From Callorhinchus milii (taxonomy: Eukaryota), in contig NW_024704810.1 of assembly GCF_018977255.1 (NCBI RefSeq), positions 1-64,000 on the forward strand: a stretch of 64,000 bases of DNA, given 5' to 3'. The notes below the pieces were generated by a model. It was not told the DNA's origin. It saw only the letters and a program-made list of their open reading frames with translations, and made no database searches. Position 1 is the stretch's first letter. The number at the start of each line of letters is the position of its first letter. Both the position numbers and the translations under genes were made by a program. Of this stretch, positions 62,762 to 64,000 are shown piece by piece.

Positions 62762-63610
62762 GGGCTCAGTGCACAGTAATACCCCGCGGAGTCTGTAACT
62801 CTCACTTGCAATATATTTAATGGGACGGTTCTCTCCGCTTTAGACACATTCGTTGAGAAACGTTCTTCTGCAAAGTCCGCGCCGTCCTTGATCCTGTTGT
62901 TGGTGTCTGTGCTAAGGATATATTCTGGAGATTTGTTGGGAAAGTGACGGTACCAGAACAGATAGGTATTGTATTCGCTTGTAGCTGTATAATTGCACTG
63001 CAGGTAAACATCCTCCCCTTCAGTCACTGTCACAGTAGATTGGAGCTGTGTTACAGCGTCTCCTCCACAATGTCCTGGAAACCAGACCCATATCAGCGAT
63101 CAATACCATAACCACAATCATAATACAAATTATTGCTTTTCATACAGCGCCATACTGCATCATTGCGTCTCCAAATGCTTCATAGAATATTCTGAGAAAG
63201 TGTATTGTGTGGGCGACACGTGGCAGCAAATTGCGCACAGCATTTTCCTAATAAAAGTTCATGGATTGACTGATAGCATTGTTATCACTGGTACCCGTTA
63301 AGAGATTATTAACAACGAAAACTGATCCGACGATCGACCAACGAACGGGTACCTACATATCTCGATGTAAAAAGTGGTGCGTGTGTGGAGGAAGGAAACT
63401 TGCCTGAGGTTTCGCTATGTCCAAGCCGGGAACTAAACCCAAGTCAACACGTTTGCTGCAGGAATGCATGAGTCGTGTACCGTATTGGTTATGTAATGCA
63501 AAAATATATATTCATTGGATAATATGCACATGAAGCAGACTAATAGAGCGAGTTTGTCGCTTACCTGACAAGGTAATGATCACTGCTACCACATAGACAT
63601 ACATTTTCAT
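62762..63610 (-). CDS. TRAV/DV: TCR alpha/delta V gene (family A), apparently functional; near-identical to the 24.6-kb gene
   Basis: Leader 63565-63610 (MKMYVYVVAVIITLS-G); V exon 62762-63074; 2 amino-acid differences from 24655-24967. Confidence 0.9.
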
Positions 63611-64000
63611 ATGTATTAATGTCACGGGACGTTGTGAAAGCGTTGATGGTGCAGTTGGAGAAAGTTGGCTGCGGGAAAGTAAGGTACCGTGAGGAGAGCT
63701 GAACAGGAAATAACATACAGAATTTGTCAAACACTGTGAGGGAGCAGTTCTGAAGGTTATGTACAACCTTGAGTCTCTGTCGTTGTGCGTCACCTTCTCT
63801 GCTCTGCCATCTCACTCATCCAATGGTTCTCTTCCATCAGTGACATGTCTTTGTTGAGCAGTGTGTCTGCACACAGTTACACCCATATTCCAGTTCACGA
63901 AAACACATACATCAGTTCCACATATTTTTGCCATTTTGGCATGTAAATGTGCCTATGGAAACGAATTTTCTCTTTCTACATCGCGAAACGCATAGTGTTT

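Noticed and set aside
2986-63610. Possible NAR-TCR, supporting V-delta, or IgH-like (VH-delta/TAILV) segments known from cartilaginous-fish TCR delta loci
   Set aside because: Every complete V has its own leader, TCR-type framework motifs and a 23-RSS; none shows the IgNAR CDR2 deletion or IgH-type FR motifs, and no D or J segments were found between them.

Overview
Germline vertebrate T-cell receptor alpha/delta-type variable (V) gene array, entirely on the minus strand. It is very probably from a cartilaginous fish; this is inferred from shark-like TRAV/TRDV sequences, dense tRNA-headed Deu-type SINEs with L2-like tails, and a shark-type CR1 3' end. The species cannot be determined here. 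I resolve 16 V genes with a spliceable leader exon, an open V exon and a 23-bp-spacer RSS (one lacks Cys23; one has YHC and a weak nonamer), 9 V pseudogenes or remnants, and one orphan leader at the left edge. They fall into about 7 sequence families, which I label A-G ad hoc. No D, J or C segments, IgH-type V or NAR-TCR V were found. From about 15 kb onward the genes form a higher-order tandem cassette of about 13-15 kb (A-C-B-A-G-F), present about 4 times with lineage-specific deletions and a chimera. The most notable non-coding signal is a conserved block repeated 10 times, carrying an ETS/E-box element and a CTCF-consensus motif (CCAGCAGATGGCGC). It is always in the same orientation and lies 0.4-1.6 kb 3' of an RSS, almost always of a family-A gene. 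Other signals are a CRE/GC-box minisatellite promoter in family B (with an ectopic inverted copy) and SINE sequence directly abutting many RSS nonamers. There is an assembly gap at 40193-40361. All coordinates were read by hand; repeat boundaries are approximate.
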